Shown here: one piece after another, positions 12,612 to 24,230 of the stretch
Layout: the number at the start of each line of letters is the position of its first letter
Position numbering within the stretch: the stretch's first letter is position 1
Assembly (NCBI RefSeq): GCF_026571515.1
Contig: NW_026859558.1
Span: 372,001 to 436,000, forward strand
Direction: 5' to 3'
Source: Ruditapes philippinarum
Lineage: Eukaryota
DNA: 64,000 bases
The notes under the pieces: model-generated
Told to the model about the DNA's origin: nothing
What the model saw: the letters and a program-made list of their open reading frames with translations, nothing else
Databases searched by the model: none
Made by a program: the position numbers and the translations under genes

Positions 12612-14441
12612 TTAAACCTCATGCACTTGTGCTGAAACATACGTATTTAATTAAATAAGAATAACCGAATTTAATTTCTACCAATATTTTTATTCAAAAT
12701 AATCTAATGACGAAATAAATTCATTTCACTTCCATTTAAGGGCGGACTTAAATAGACAGTTGCAAATGATTACTGCAAGAATATAAAGAAATAAAACTCG
12801 TAAACAAAAATGAAAAAAGTAGGAATGATATATATAGAGAATATTCTCATTTATAGAGAAGATAATCGAAACCCTTTTGGAGGAACATGGATTTTCGTTG
12901 TATTTTAAAAATTTAGTTTATTTGGAGACAAACATGAAACAGTTGTTATGACCTCGAGTTCCAAATTTATAATCATTCAGTTATGTAATCTAATTTAAAT
13001 GAGTTTAACATGAACTAGATTTTCTGAATTTCTTTCCTTGAAATTAAAGAAACTCTGTTGTTGTTTCTTTTTCAATCTGGAAAATGTAATGTGTTTTACA
13101 ATAATTATCTCATTGGCGTTACATGAAACGTTGCTAGTTGAAATTAAGTTGGAATTATTTAGGAAATAGATATTAATTCTGAGTGCATTGTTGTAGAATA
13201 ATGCACGGTTTGAGTCCAAATGCGTAGTAATATAATCACGAAGACCCACTTTCTATTAGAGAAAAGAAATAATAGTCTGATCTGACATTTGTCAGAATTA
13301 CATAAAAAGGTAAAGTTTTTGGAGTAAATATAATATTTCCCGGTTTTATGAACATTGCAATTGCATACTGATTAAATATATATTGAAATACATGTATCTC
13401 TATTTGTATCAAAATTTACTACGCAACACTTATTTGTGCAGTATCAAGCTCCGGACCGCCTGGTTCTCTATATATGTTGAAGCAGTTTTTATAGTATTAT
13501 AGCAATTTGAACTTGTAACGGGAGACTTTTCAATGAAAACAGCCATTTTTCACAAAATGCTCATGAAATAATGGGTTAAACCTCATGCACTTGTGCTGAA
13601 ACATACGTATTTAATTAAATAAGAATAACCGAATTTAATTTCTACCAATATTTTTTTTCAAAATAATCTAATGACGAAATAAATTCATTTCACTTCCATT
13701 TAAGGGCGGACTTAAATAGACAGTTGCAAATGATTACTGCAAGAATATAAAGAAATAAAACTCGTAAACAAAAATGAAAAAAGTAGGAATGATATATATA
13801 GAGAATATTCTCATTTATAGAGAAGATAATCGAAACCCTTTTGGAGGAACATGGATTTTCGTTGTATTTTAAAAATTTAGTTTATTTGGAGACAAACATG
13901 AAACAGTTGTTATGACCTCGAGTTCCAAATTATAATCATTCAGTTATGTAATCTAATTTAAATGAGTTTAACATGAACTAGATTTTCTGAATTTCTTTCC
14001 TTGAAATTAAAGAAACTCTGTTGTTGTTTCTTTTTCAATCTGGAAAATGTAATGTGTTTTACAATAATTATCTCATTGGCGTTACATGAAACGTTGCTAG
14101 TTGAAATTAAGTTGGAATTATTTAGGAAATAGATATTAATTCTGAGTGCATTGTTGTAGAATAATGCACGGTTTGAGTCCAAATGCGTAGTAATATAATC
14201 ACGAAGACCCACTTTCTATTAGAGAAAAGAAATAATAGTCTGATCTGACATTTGTCAGAATTACATAAAAAGGTAAAGTTTTTGGAGTAAATATAATATT
14301 TCCCGGTTTTATGAACATTGCAATTGCATACTGATTAAATATATATTGAAATACATGTATCTCTATTTGTATCAAAATTTACTACGCAACACTTATTTGT
14401 GCAGTATCAAGCTCCGGACCGCCTGGTTCTCTATATATGTT
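12511..14441 (+). repeat. Near-perfect ~964-bp tandem duplication (12511-13474 and 13475-14437) with TGTT microhomology
   Basis: Identical ORF translations at 12995-13249 and 13958-14212. Only a few substitutions and a 1-nt indel differ. TGTT occurs at the start, junction and end. Confidence 0.95.
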
Positions 14442-15604
14442 CTGTTAAACTTCCGCAGACGTGTAATAACACTGTTTCATTATATTTCATGTTTAAAGTA
14501 CCTAAAAAATTTTCCGGTTCAAAATAAATTCTACCATACATTTCGCTATACATTGAATAATGAAAAATTGCAATGGCCGATTTGATACTAATGTTTTGTA
14601 TACAGCGTAAATGGTGAATCCTAAATACAACGTTGTTTTTAACATTTTGATATTCTAATATGATAACCAAAATGTATAAAATATGTTTTTATGTAGAATG
14701 TAGAATAGAACGTGCTTCCTCTGTAATCCAACACCTTCTGAGCTAACGTTTCAAACATGACTGTCGCTTCACGCTAACATAATTCACTAAATTTCATTTA
14801 TGAACCAACTATTTTAAATCGTCAATATTTCCCACAGTTATTTAACATATACATGTACTATGTCAAATTATGGCAATAGTGTTAGCTTACAAGTGAATTT
14901 CGGGGTTTTAATAGGTGTAATAAAATACATCTCACTCACAGTATATCACTAAAAACAAAATGTATAGCTTTGCAGAACTTCTTGTCGCCTATGTATTAAT
15001 ATATGATTGAATTTCTGTAAATTATATTGCTTTTCAATATCAAAAAATTACATCGCAATGATAATTCTCAGCTTTATTTTTATTTTGGTTGGCGCAGCGA
15101 ACGCGTTGCCGTTGAACGCTTGGCGTCCTTTTCTTCACATACGTCAGTTTACAATTCCTTATGAAGTTATAAATCATTCTTAAAAATAAGAAGAAATTTT
15201 GAAAAAAAAAATCAGGAAACATAAACGTCACAAACAAAAAGGCGGTAGTAAATTCAATAAAATTACACTTCGACAAACCCCATGATAGTTAACTAGACAT
15301 TTACTATTACATATTTAGCAAGTTTCGTACAATGCTGACAGTTCTTTGCTTAAACAATACGTTATATGTTACATTGATATGTACCTGTATTCAGTCTTTG
15401 CTTCTTTTCGGCAAATCATATATATCTTTGTAACGTGCTTGTACGAAATAGCGCGTCAAAATATCATCGCCTAAATCCCAGATTTAGATTTTAAATATTA
15501 ATATAATTTTTTTCATCGTAAGGTCTCATTTTAAATTTAAAGCATTTGCCATGGAAAATTGTTGTTGTTGTTGTTTTAATATATTTAGGACAAATAAAAC
15601 CCTA

Positions 15605-15663
15605 AGTCTTAACTTTACTCCATAAAAAACAAACAACTGATTGCATGACCAGACGGAGAATAT
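15605..15663 (-). repeat. Split direct repeat B2 (3' terminal repeat of the element)
   Basis: 59-bp exact copy of 16390-16448. Confidence 0.95.
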
Positions 15664-16201
15664 TTATTGCAGATAAGATACTGAGCAGCCGAGAACAAAA
15701 ACAAACATAGCCAAAAACGCCATAAGCGTCATGTACAACAAATTTACCATAAAAGTACATGGTAATCATTTAAACAACTAACATTGCTGACTAATTTATA
15801 ACGTTCTATGTATTATATTGTTCATGTATTTACTTTTAAACTTAACAAAAATACAATATAGCTGTATAGTATAGAAAATTGCCAGCATCTAACGTAATGA
15901 AATGTTTTAAGTACAGGCAATACAAAATACATTTATTTACGTTGTTATTTTATCGGCTATAAACGCAATTCGACTCGCCCAGGAAAAACCAGAGATATTT
16001 CGTATAATAATTATTTTTTCTGAAACTGCTCTGGAAACCTGTGTCCGTTTGTCAATGTCGAATTACTGAATGTCGGACCTCATTCTTGCCCAGTGAAAAC
16101 GAAAATTAAGCTAAAGAGCAAAATTCATTAAAAGAATAAACATATGACATGTTATAAATGAGAGATAGAATGAATATATAAATATAGATCCATAAAATTA
16201 T

Positions 16202-16448
16202 AAAACACGAGTTGTTAACGCTGTGAAATCGTCTGGTAGAGTGACCAATACACCTTAATATTTTACACGCCAGTACAGTATTAAAATCTCGAAAAACCCG
16301 TGCTACTACAACCAATAAAAATTGCCTACAAAATTACGTCACGCAAAGACAAATATTTCACGCTATTCGATGAAACGCGTGAAAATAATAGTCTTAACTT
16401 TACTCCATAAAAAACAAACAACTGATTGCATGACCAGACGGAGAATAT
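16202..16448 (-). repeat. Internal B1-A2 split direct repeat junction
   Basis: A2 (16202-16390) abuts B1 (16390-16448) immediately downstream of the YR stop. Confidence 0.95.
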
Positions 16449-16496
16449 AGAATAAACTACAAAAGAACGGGCTGGGGAAAAAAGCTATTGTAAATT

Positions 16497-17525
16497 TTAC
16501 AAATTTGAATGCTTCGTAACTTGAAGTCTCCTCTCCAAGGAGTCGGCAACATAGCCGTCTTTGCTTTTATCGCTTTTCCATCTACCATGGCGCTTTAAGC
16601 ATCTATCGCTTATACCTGCATTTGCCGCGACGGTAACACCTCCCGACCTGAGAGAGTGCAGACCCAAGTTCAAATCACCGGCTACGCTTTTTAAACGAAG
16701 CAATATTGTTTCTCTTGCTCTTGTGTAGCTTAATGGCTTATCTTTATATACTAATTTGGTAATACCTTTAGATTTGAAACATGGCCTGAACAAAAAAAAT
16801 TTATCATCGATTGACTGCATGCTTATTTCTAAATACCATTTAAGCATTAAAAATGGACAAGCAACTGTATTCCCTTTCGCGACGACAATTTCACTACCAA
16901 ATCTGTACTGGTCAGTCTTACTTTTACGAACTTTTAAAGAAAAATGATCATCATTAAATGCTATGTCATTACAATGTAAATTCCTAAGCTCATCGTATCT
17001 TAAAAAAGCTTAATATCCTGATAATATCATACAAAGGTCTCTGACAATTAAAAGATCTGTACTGTTAGTATGTTTCGAACATAATTCCAATAACATGTCT
17101 GTAGTAACTGGCTCCTTCTTAGTTACTGGCTTGGATAAACGACGTTTAGCAGCATCTAACAAGTTCTTCACGAACATATTTTCGGTAGGATCAGTCAAGT
17201 TTTTTAAAAGATGTGCCCATCGTATTGCATAAATAGTTGTAGAAATCACATGATAAGAACATTTTTTATCTAATAAATCTGTGAGGTAGAGCGCGACACA
17301 AATTGGTGATGCTGGAATTGCTGAATTACTTTTAGAAGATATGAAGGATTCCCATTTTTTAAAATAGAAGAAATATTTTTGATTGGTATTGTCACTCTTT
17401 GATTCTACGAGATGATTTGCCATTTTTGATGCCAAAGTCTTCAAGGTTGGATCGTTAATGCCGGCCCTCAGTACCTCATCATCTATTGTCTGTCCCAACT
17501 TCAAGCCTGCATAAAAGATAACCAA
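16497..17525 (-). pseudogene. Tyrosine recombinase (YR) of the retrotransposon, with one premature TAA at 17010-17012
   Basis: ORFs 17010-17525 and 16497-16847 share a frame. Read-through gives GY*AFLRYDEL...KSKTDQ...ACP...GLHSLRSGG...HGRWKS...DGYV, the R...HxxR...Y catalytic set of lambda-integrase-family recombinases. Confidence 0.93.
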
Positions 17526-17532
17526 TTATTAG

Positions 17533-19596
17533 TCATTGCACAATTCTTATAGCCATTAATGAAAACCTTAAGGGTCTGCCATCAAATATACCATTTTTAC
17601 CCCTGCCTCTTTTTGTTAACACACCTGGCCGGAACATGAAATAATCAAAAATAAATTTATCTCTACGTAAACCTTCGGGAAAAAGATATGGCCAAAAAGG
17701 CGCAGATTGCCATACGGGTATAATAAGAGTACACGTACACTTGTCTTTACGAATTTTTCTCAAACATTGCATAACGAGCCTAGGTGGAGGAACCAGCCAG
17801 TTATTTTCTCCTGACCAATTTTGAGCGAAAGCGTCTACTCCTGATGTACCCGGGCACCAGAATCTTGAATTAAACGTTTTACATTTAGTATTATAATCGT
17901 ATGCAAAACGATCGAAGGTATGCAAACCCCATTTGTCTTCAAGTAATTCAAAAACCCAGTCCATAATCGACCAATCATCGCTGTCGGAGCATCTACTTAG
18001 AAAATTGGCTTCTGAGTTATTTGCCCTTGGTACCCAGCGAGGAATTAAACATATGTCATTTTTTCTGCATATATTGTATATTTTTACAGCAGTTTCATGC
18101 AAATAAACCTTCTTACTGCCCGTTTTCAAAATCGGACAAACATTCTTGTTATCCGAGTTCAAAACAACTCGTCGCTCTTCAAGACTTTTAACAGTCGATA
18201 AAACAGTTCTATTCGCCGCCTCTTACTCTCTCCATGTTGAACTCAGATTAGCTTCAATATCTTTCCAACAACCTAAAATTTTTATCTGTTCAACGCCCTC
18301 TATAAAGCCACCAAATCCAGTTCCACTGGCGTCAACAAAGACGTTGGCATGATTATATACGTCAACAGAGACGTCAGCATTTTCATTGCTGAACACGTGA
18401 TCTAATGAACAAACATTCATTTCTGACAAATTTTCTTTCCAAAATATCAACTCGTTCAAAACGTCGGCATTAACCTTCACCGGGGCTTCCCAGCTAGCCC
18501 TTCCCGCTAGACAACTATATAATGACCTTGACCTTAGTCGCACAACAGGACCGATCACGCATTGCATAGAAATTAATTGCCCTACGAAACAAGCAAGTTT
18601 TCTTGCTAAAATCAAGACGAAACCCCTACTTATCTTTGCAATAAGTTCATCTAAATAGTTCATAGTTCTATTCAGTCGTTCTTCGGTAATGTGCAAAGTA
18701 CCGGAATTTAAGTCCCACAAATAACCTAGCCAAATCAAAGATAAAGACGGAAACCAATGACATTTTTCTTCCGCAATTAAAAAACCAAACTTTCTCAAAT
18801 CAGCATTAACGAATTGACTGGTACTTAGACATTTTTCGAAAGACGACTCGCCGCCAAGTCCATCGTCTAAGAATAAAATTATTCTCAAACCCATATTTCT
18901 CCATTTCTTTACTACGACTTTCAAAAGCTTGGTAAAAATATACCCTGCTGTTGAAATACCAAATGGTAATACGTTGTAAACATAAAAACGTTTTACTCCA
19001 TTTTCAAACCAAGAAAAACCTATGTATTTACGATGTTCCGGGAAAATCATTACGTGATGATAAGCTCCCCTTATGTCGAAAGAAAACAGATAATCGCCCT
19101 TTTTGAATAAATGCCTAGCAACTGACTGATCTGCGTAACAGCATTTAAATTTAAATAGATCTAAATTGATATGCCTGCAATCGAGTACGAGCCTAGGCTT
19201 CTTTGCTCTATTAAATGCTACCGTTAAGGGATTCACGACTGAAGGTGTATATTTTACCTCGCTTATACACGATTTTGCCAATAACTTTTTAATCTCAGCC
19301 GAAACAAAACCATCGTTATCTAAAGCGGACTTGTTATTTTTCAAATTTGCACATGCTGGAATACTTTTAAAAGGCAATTTGTAACCTTCATCTATAAGGT
19401 TTAGAATATGATCGTTAGCGCCTGCCTCTTTCCAGTGGCTAAGGTTTTGTCTTAACATATCGACCGGAGTTTCTACTGCGGAAACATCCGTTTGACTATT
19501 AACTGGTAGAACCGTTTTGTTCGAGGTTTTATTCACTACATGAGAATTAAACTCATTAATTAAATGCTTACACTCGTTATTTTCAAAAAACAACAA
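17533..19596 (-). pseudogene. pol: reverse transcriptase, RNase H and Dam-like methyltransferase domain, with one premature TAA at 18223-18225
   Basis: RT motifs KPRLVLDCR, FDIRGAYHH, VLPFGISTA, FLDD. RNase H motifs FVDASGTGFGG, SSTWRE*EA, SDNKNV, WVPRANNSEANFLSR. MT-like DRFA...VDAFAQNWSGENNWLVPPP...PVWQSAPFWP. ORFs 18223-19596 and 17533-18162 are in the same frame (63 nt apart). Confidence 0.92.
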
Positions 19597-20290
19597 ATTG
19601 TTACTTATCTTATTGAAACTCTCGCTCTGCGCCGTCTCTGCCCCAACTGCAGGTACTGCCCATTCGGCACGCCCGTGCCCAGGTTTGCCACATTTGAAGC
19701 ATGTACCGGGTTTTCGGCTCCACGTTGACCGGTTCTGTAGCTGCGAAGTCTGTGTAATAGCCGCAGACGACCCTCTGGTAGGAATGTCTGTTGAATACGG
19801 TGTATAACGCTTGGCCCTGTTGCGACGTTCTTGCCGAACTTAACGGTGGGCCTGCATTTGAGCACGATAAATTTTCTTCTCGTCGTCTGAGTTCTCGGCG
19901 AGAGGATGCGCTTCGTATTCCTCCACGACTTTCCAGCCATGCTCGGAAGAATCAGCTAATTTAAGCAATTTTTGACGTAATAATGTCTATACCTTCTGAT
20001 ATTTTCTGTTTGGCGCCTTCTGCGTCTGCCTCGCTGAATGAATCGCCCGTGCCGAGCTCTTCCGCCTGTCGCATTTTGTCAAGCACAAGGGCGTTCACCT
20101 TGAACTGTTGCTCGTGACCCTTCTTCCTAAACGTGTATTTATCGTCCATAGCTTTGATGGTAGAAATTTGAGACTGAGAAATCTCTCTTTGCACTGTATT
20201 GATGCGCTGCTCAAAAGCTCCCAACTTCGAGTCGATAAGCCTCTCCATTTGAGACAAAAACTGATTTTCGCTGTCCATAGATCTAGACAT
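19597..20290 (-). pseudogene. gag-like region of the YR retrotransposon (frameshift near 19977, TAA at 19840-19842, degenerate CCHC knuckle)
   Basis: ORF 19961-20290 (FRKKGHEQQFKVN...ISEGIDII) continues after a frameshift as [39 protein letters not shown]...CFKCGKPGHGRAEW, a DIRS-type Gag core and zinc knuckle. It then runs in frame into the RT ORF at 19596. Confidence 0.85.
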
Positions 20291-20321
20291 TTACTCGGCT
20301 GCCACGTGTAGTAATAGCTTA

Positions 20322-20510
20322 AAAACACGAGTTGTTAACGCTGTGAAATCGTCTGGTTGAGTGACCAATACACCTTAATATTTTACACGCCAATACAGTA
20401 TTAAAATCTCAAAAAACCCGTGCTACTACAACCAATAAAAATTGCCTACAAAATTACGTCACGCAAAGACAAATATTTCACGCTATTCGATTAAACGCGT
20501 GAAAATAATA
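20322..20510 (-). repeat. Split direct repeat A1 (5' terminal repeat of the element)
   Basis: Near-identical to 16202-16390. Contains CCAAT pentamers and a TTACGTCA (CRE-like) octamer. Confidence 0.95.
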
Positions 20511-22859
20511 ATAATTCTCCTGATAAGCTGAACATTATTGCCGCACTTTGAAGATTCAAACTTATCGGCATACGTCGAATTTCGTTACTAAATTACTCAA
20601 GGGGTGGAGGGGAAAAAATTAAGTGTACCGAAAAAATTGAATAGGTGACCCCCCCTCCCCCCTCCCCCATTTATTAGTTGTTTAGACTGAGTATACACTT
20701 TAGAGGACGCTTCAAGAAAACAATCAAAAAATTATGTCGGGAATTTTTTAATAAGCAAGGATACGCAACGACGTGATGTTAAAAAACGGGCTTGAATGGT
20801 CAACTTTGACGTTGTGTGTACAAAAATTGGAATAAAATGAACGAAATTTAATCAGAAATATGGTCAATTATGACTTGCCAATTTTCGATACGCTACTCGA
20901 AAGTTCGCAAAGTGTCGCGTTCTACCTTAACAAGTATTAAGAACAAGAAAATATTTTGTTAAGTCATTGTTTACTTAGCAAAGTAAATGATTTTCTGAGG
21001 GTCAAAGTGATAATTCATACTATGTAAAGTATAAGAAAAAATTGTGTATCAAAGACTGGCAGTTGGAGTCATCTAGTTTTGATTCTGATTCCATATGATA
21101 AAGTAAGCACAAGTTAATATAATCTAAAAATTTAACGAATGAGTTTATCTTTGAAAAAGATTGTAGTATTAAAAATGATCGTAAGACGTTTATTTATGAA
21201 TGACCAATTACGTTTTAATTTTAAATGTTTCGTAGAGAGGTTTTGGTTTTTGCATAAATTACGGGCATATGCTAATTTTCTGTTAAATCGGTTTCATTAT
21301 ACAATTAAAGCTTTATCCTGAATATATTTCATGGATATTTACAATCAAACTGTTATAAACAGTACTCTTGTCGTGCATTGTCGTCATATTTTCAGTTTAA
21401 TATTCAAATCAATTGAGAATAGTACAATGTATCATTATTTAACACTTATACATCTTGACCAGAACATTTAAGACTTATTTAGTACGAACTTTCTATCTTT
21501 CTATGCAATTAATTGTCAGAATTATTGCTTAATACAGAAAATAATTGAATAATTCAAATGTTTTATTGACCTCCTATAAAAATCATAAAATAAATATATA
21601 TTCCTATGGGTAAACCTGAATAAATCATTTGAGAATACTTGTACCACATTTAGTGATTCATTTCAGTTATATACCATTAAAAGGTATGTAAAAAAATGCC
21701 CATGTCTGAGTATTCTTTATAAAGTACTGTAATTTTACAATAAAAAAGGCCAACGTCATTAGCCTTAGTATTTCAAACATAGTCTTATAACCTTTCTTAT
21801 GCCATTTCATCAATATTTTGTCCGTTGCTAAACACATGTATATATTACATACCAATCTAATACAATGTATTATGGACATGGCTCTCCTTGAAATAATATG
21901 AATGAATAATTGTCAAACAAACATGAAACGAGTGCGTAGTTATTTTTCATTATTATTTAATTATCTTTATAGAAATTGAAAATGGTATGAATGAAAAATT
22001 ATGTATTGTTGAATAGTTTTATTTTCATTTGTTCTAAAAATAATTGTATTTTACTGTTCTATTTAAATGTGGAATATGTTCAAACAATTTATTATCCTTT
22101 CCTTATTATTTAATTATCTTTATAGAAATTGAAGATCTGTTTGCATAACATATCGTGTTTTTCAGGGATTTTTTTTATTTATAAATGTTCTTTCGCCTCA
22201 TTTCAAACGCTTGCTATAAGGACATTGCTTTAAATAGTGTGTTCATTTGATTCAATGGCCACTTTTTTTTAGATATTTTATGTCTTTATATATCTTATGA
22301 AAATTTACATACTAACATAAGTTAGCAGTTAGTTTATAGTTTTACTTTTCCAATGCTCCATTCTGTCAACCAAACGTCAGTGCAATGCAATATTATAAAT
22401 AGCATCAGACAATAGTTTTTGATTATACGATAAGTCTATCATTATAGAAGGTCATGTCAACGCTTAAATCGCTAAATGTATCATAAAAGCGCAACTTATA
22501 GCGTGCAAAGCCTCAATATTCAAAAGGGCAACGTCGACAATTGTTTGTTTTTTCAATTTGTGCCGTTCAAAACAATCCAGATAGTATGTCAAACATCAAC
22601 TTCAGTATTTGCAAAGGCATACATGCCAGAATGACCTACATCTGTTATTGATTATAATTATGAAAACTGAAATAAAGCGATGGAAGGTTAGCCAGTTTTA
22701 AAATGAAAATGGAATTGAATTTGAATTGCACGTATTTGATTTAACATGCGTTCCTGTATATTTTTGTAATAATTGAATAATGCATTAAGATATATGGCAT
22801 AATTGGACGTTCACATTGTAAAATGTTGTAAAGTAACTATTTTATGAAAGGTTGTTATG

Positions 22860-23145
22860 TGTTTTATAATTTGGGTAAAACAGTAAAATGATTCAAGATT
22901 TAAGTAATATTAAACATATGTGCAGTTAATGACTGATTTTTCAGTATTTACAACTATATTTTACTACGTTACTAACGCAGTAAGGGCTATTTATACACAT
23001 TTTGACCATTTTTTGGTAATTTACGTGGGTTAAAAGTGCCATTTATAATGGGTAAATTGCTGCTTTTGGGTTATTTTACAATATTATCTATTTAAATATA
23101 TTTTCAAAATTTTCATGAAAATTGCGTGAATCTGGAGGCGTGACA
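22860..23145. mobile_element. Kolobok-like MITE family 2, inverted partial copy
   Basis: TTACTAACGCAGTAAGGGCTATTT is the reverse complement of the family-2 internal motif. Ends in ATCTGGAGGCGTG. Confidence 0.6.
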
Positions 23146-23886
23146 CATGTCATTGAAAACATTAACTTCAAGGTCCTTTAACGCATAGCCAACAAGGCAA
23201 AGTTCAAAATCTTAATATGTGCAATATCACACTATTTTCTAACACACTATGTAGGAAAGTTCTTTTATTCGTCATTTACACTATCTGGCGCCGACCGTTA
23301 ATTCTTTGAGAATGATTGAGATAAAACTTTTTTATGTGTAGACGCTTGGTTAAGTCTTGTCATTAGAGATATTTGTAAATGTACTATCCTACACGCTGAA
23401 ATCACAGTCTTTAGATAGAGGTACATGTATAATATAACATGGTAACCAGAGATTATGCAATACATATATAACTGTGTAAAAATAAATAGAAAAACGTTTT
23501 TTCTGCAATGTCAAAAAAAAATTTAATGCAATTTAACATGCTATTTATGTCAAGTGGCTATTGGGAGTTGATGTGGTTGCAAAGAATGAAAACGAAATTA
23601 ATATCTCACAAAGTTTGTTTCTCACAAATAATGCATGACAAAACGAAAATGAAGGTTTGACCCTGTATCATATGTCAGGAGAAAAGGCGTTATCTCATTC
23701 TTCCTGGCGTTTTAATGTTAAATACAAATACAATTGTAGTAAAGTAACTTTTCTTACATGTATTCCTTACTGGCATTTAAATCAAAGTAAATCATTTATT
23801 TTGATTGCAGTTTTAGTTGTAGTTTAACAGATTTACAAGCCTTTGCACATGGTAATACTTTACACTTCCATATTATTCGACGTTAA

Positions 23887-24230
23887 AGGGACTCCACTGA
23901 TGCTTTTTGACATGGTGGGACTGAAAATATTTTTTCCAGATAAATGTTCCATTTGAAGTAGGTTTAGAACACTAATCTATATGCAAAATTTCAGATCATT
24001 CGCGCACATGGATTTTCCAGAATAAGTATTCAAATTGTAAAAAAATGACCCAAAATGAAAAGCTTTTCACTCAAATCGGGCTAAAAAAAGCATAAAAATA
24101 CTACTTTCGATTTATTTCAAAGTATATTTCTTAACTATATTTGCAATATTTCTGTTTAAAGGGCCCCAGCTCATTTATGTAAGAAATTCAAATGTTATGT
24201 TTTAGGCTTTTAAACCTCAGAGGGGTCCCT
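23887..24230. mobile_element. Kolobok-like MITE family 1 (AGG termini, TTAA TSD)
   Basis: TTAA|AGGGACTCCACTGA ... TCAGAGGGGTCCCT|TTAA: 14-bp imperfect TIR with intact TTAA on both sides. Confidence 0.82.

Larger units (their letters stand above)
15605..20510 (-). mobile_element. Full-length tyrosine-recombinase retrotransposon, DIRS order, PAT-like (split direct repeats, gag-RT-RH-MT plus YR); inactivated copy
   Basis: Split direct repeats: A1 20322-20510 matches A2 16202-16390 (189 bp, 4 mismatches counted). B1 16390-16448 matches B2 15605-15663 (59 bp, identical). Minus-strand order is A1-gag-RT-RH-MT-YR-B1A2-spacer-B2. RT, RNase H, MT-like and YR motifs are all visible. Split direct repeats plus an MT domain fit PAT-like elements rather than ITR-type DIRS1 or Ngaro. 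Confidence 0.93.

Noticed and set aside
12995-14212. Two identical 84-aa ORFs suggesting a duplicated gene
   Set aside because: A by-product of the 964-bp tandem duplication. GTG start, AT-rich low-information peptide, and not maintained in paralog A.
16497-19596. Prophage or bacterial contamination (integrase plus Dam plus RT)
   Set aside because: Domain order, Gag knuckle and split direct repeats identify a eukaryotic YR retrotransposon embedded in host duplications.
19605-19940. 111-aa minus-strand ORF as a separate gene
   Set aside because: Alternate frame overlapping gag. The recognisable Gag motifs are in another frame.
18146-20311. Plus-strand ORFs 18146-18352, 19166-19384, 19598-19807 and 20108-20311
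   Set aside because: Antisense shadows of the retrotransposon coding strand.
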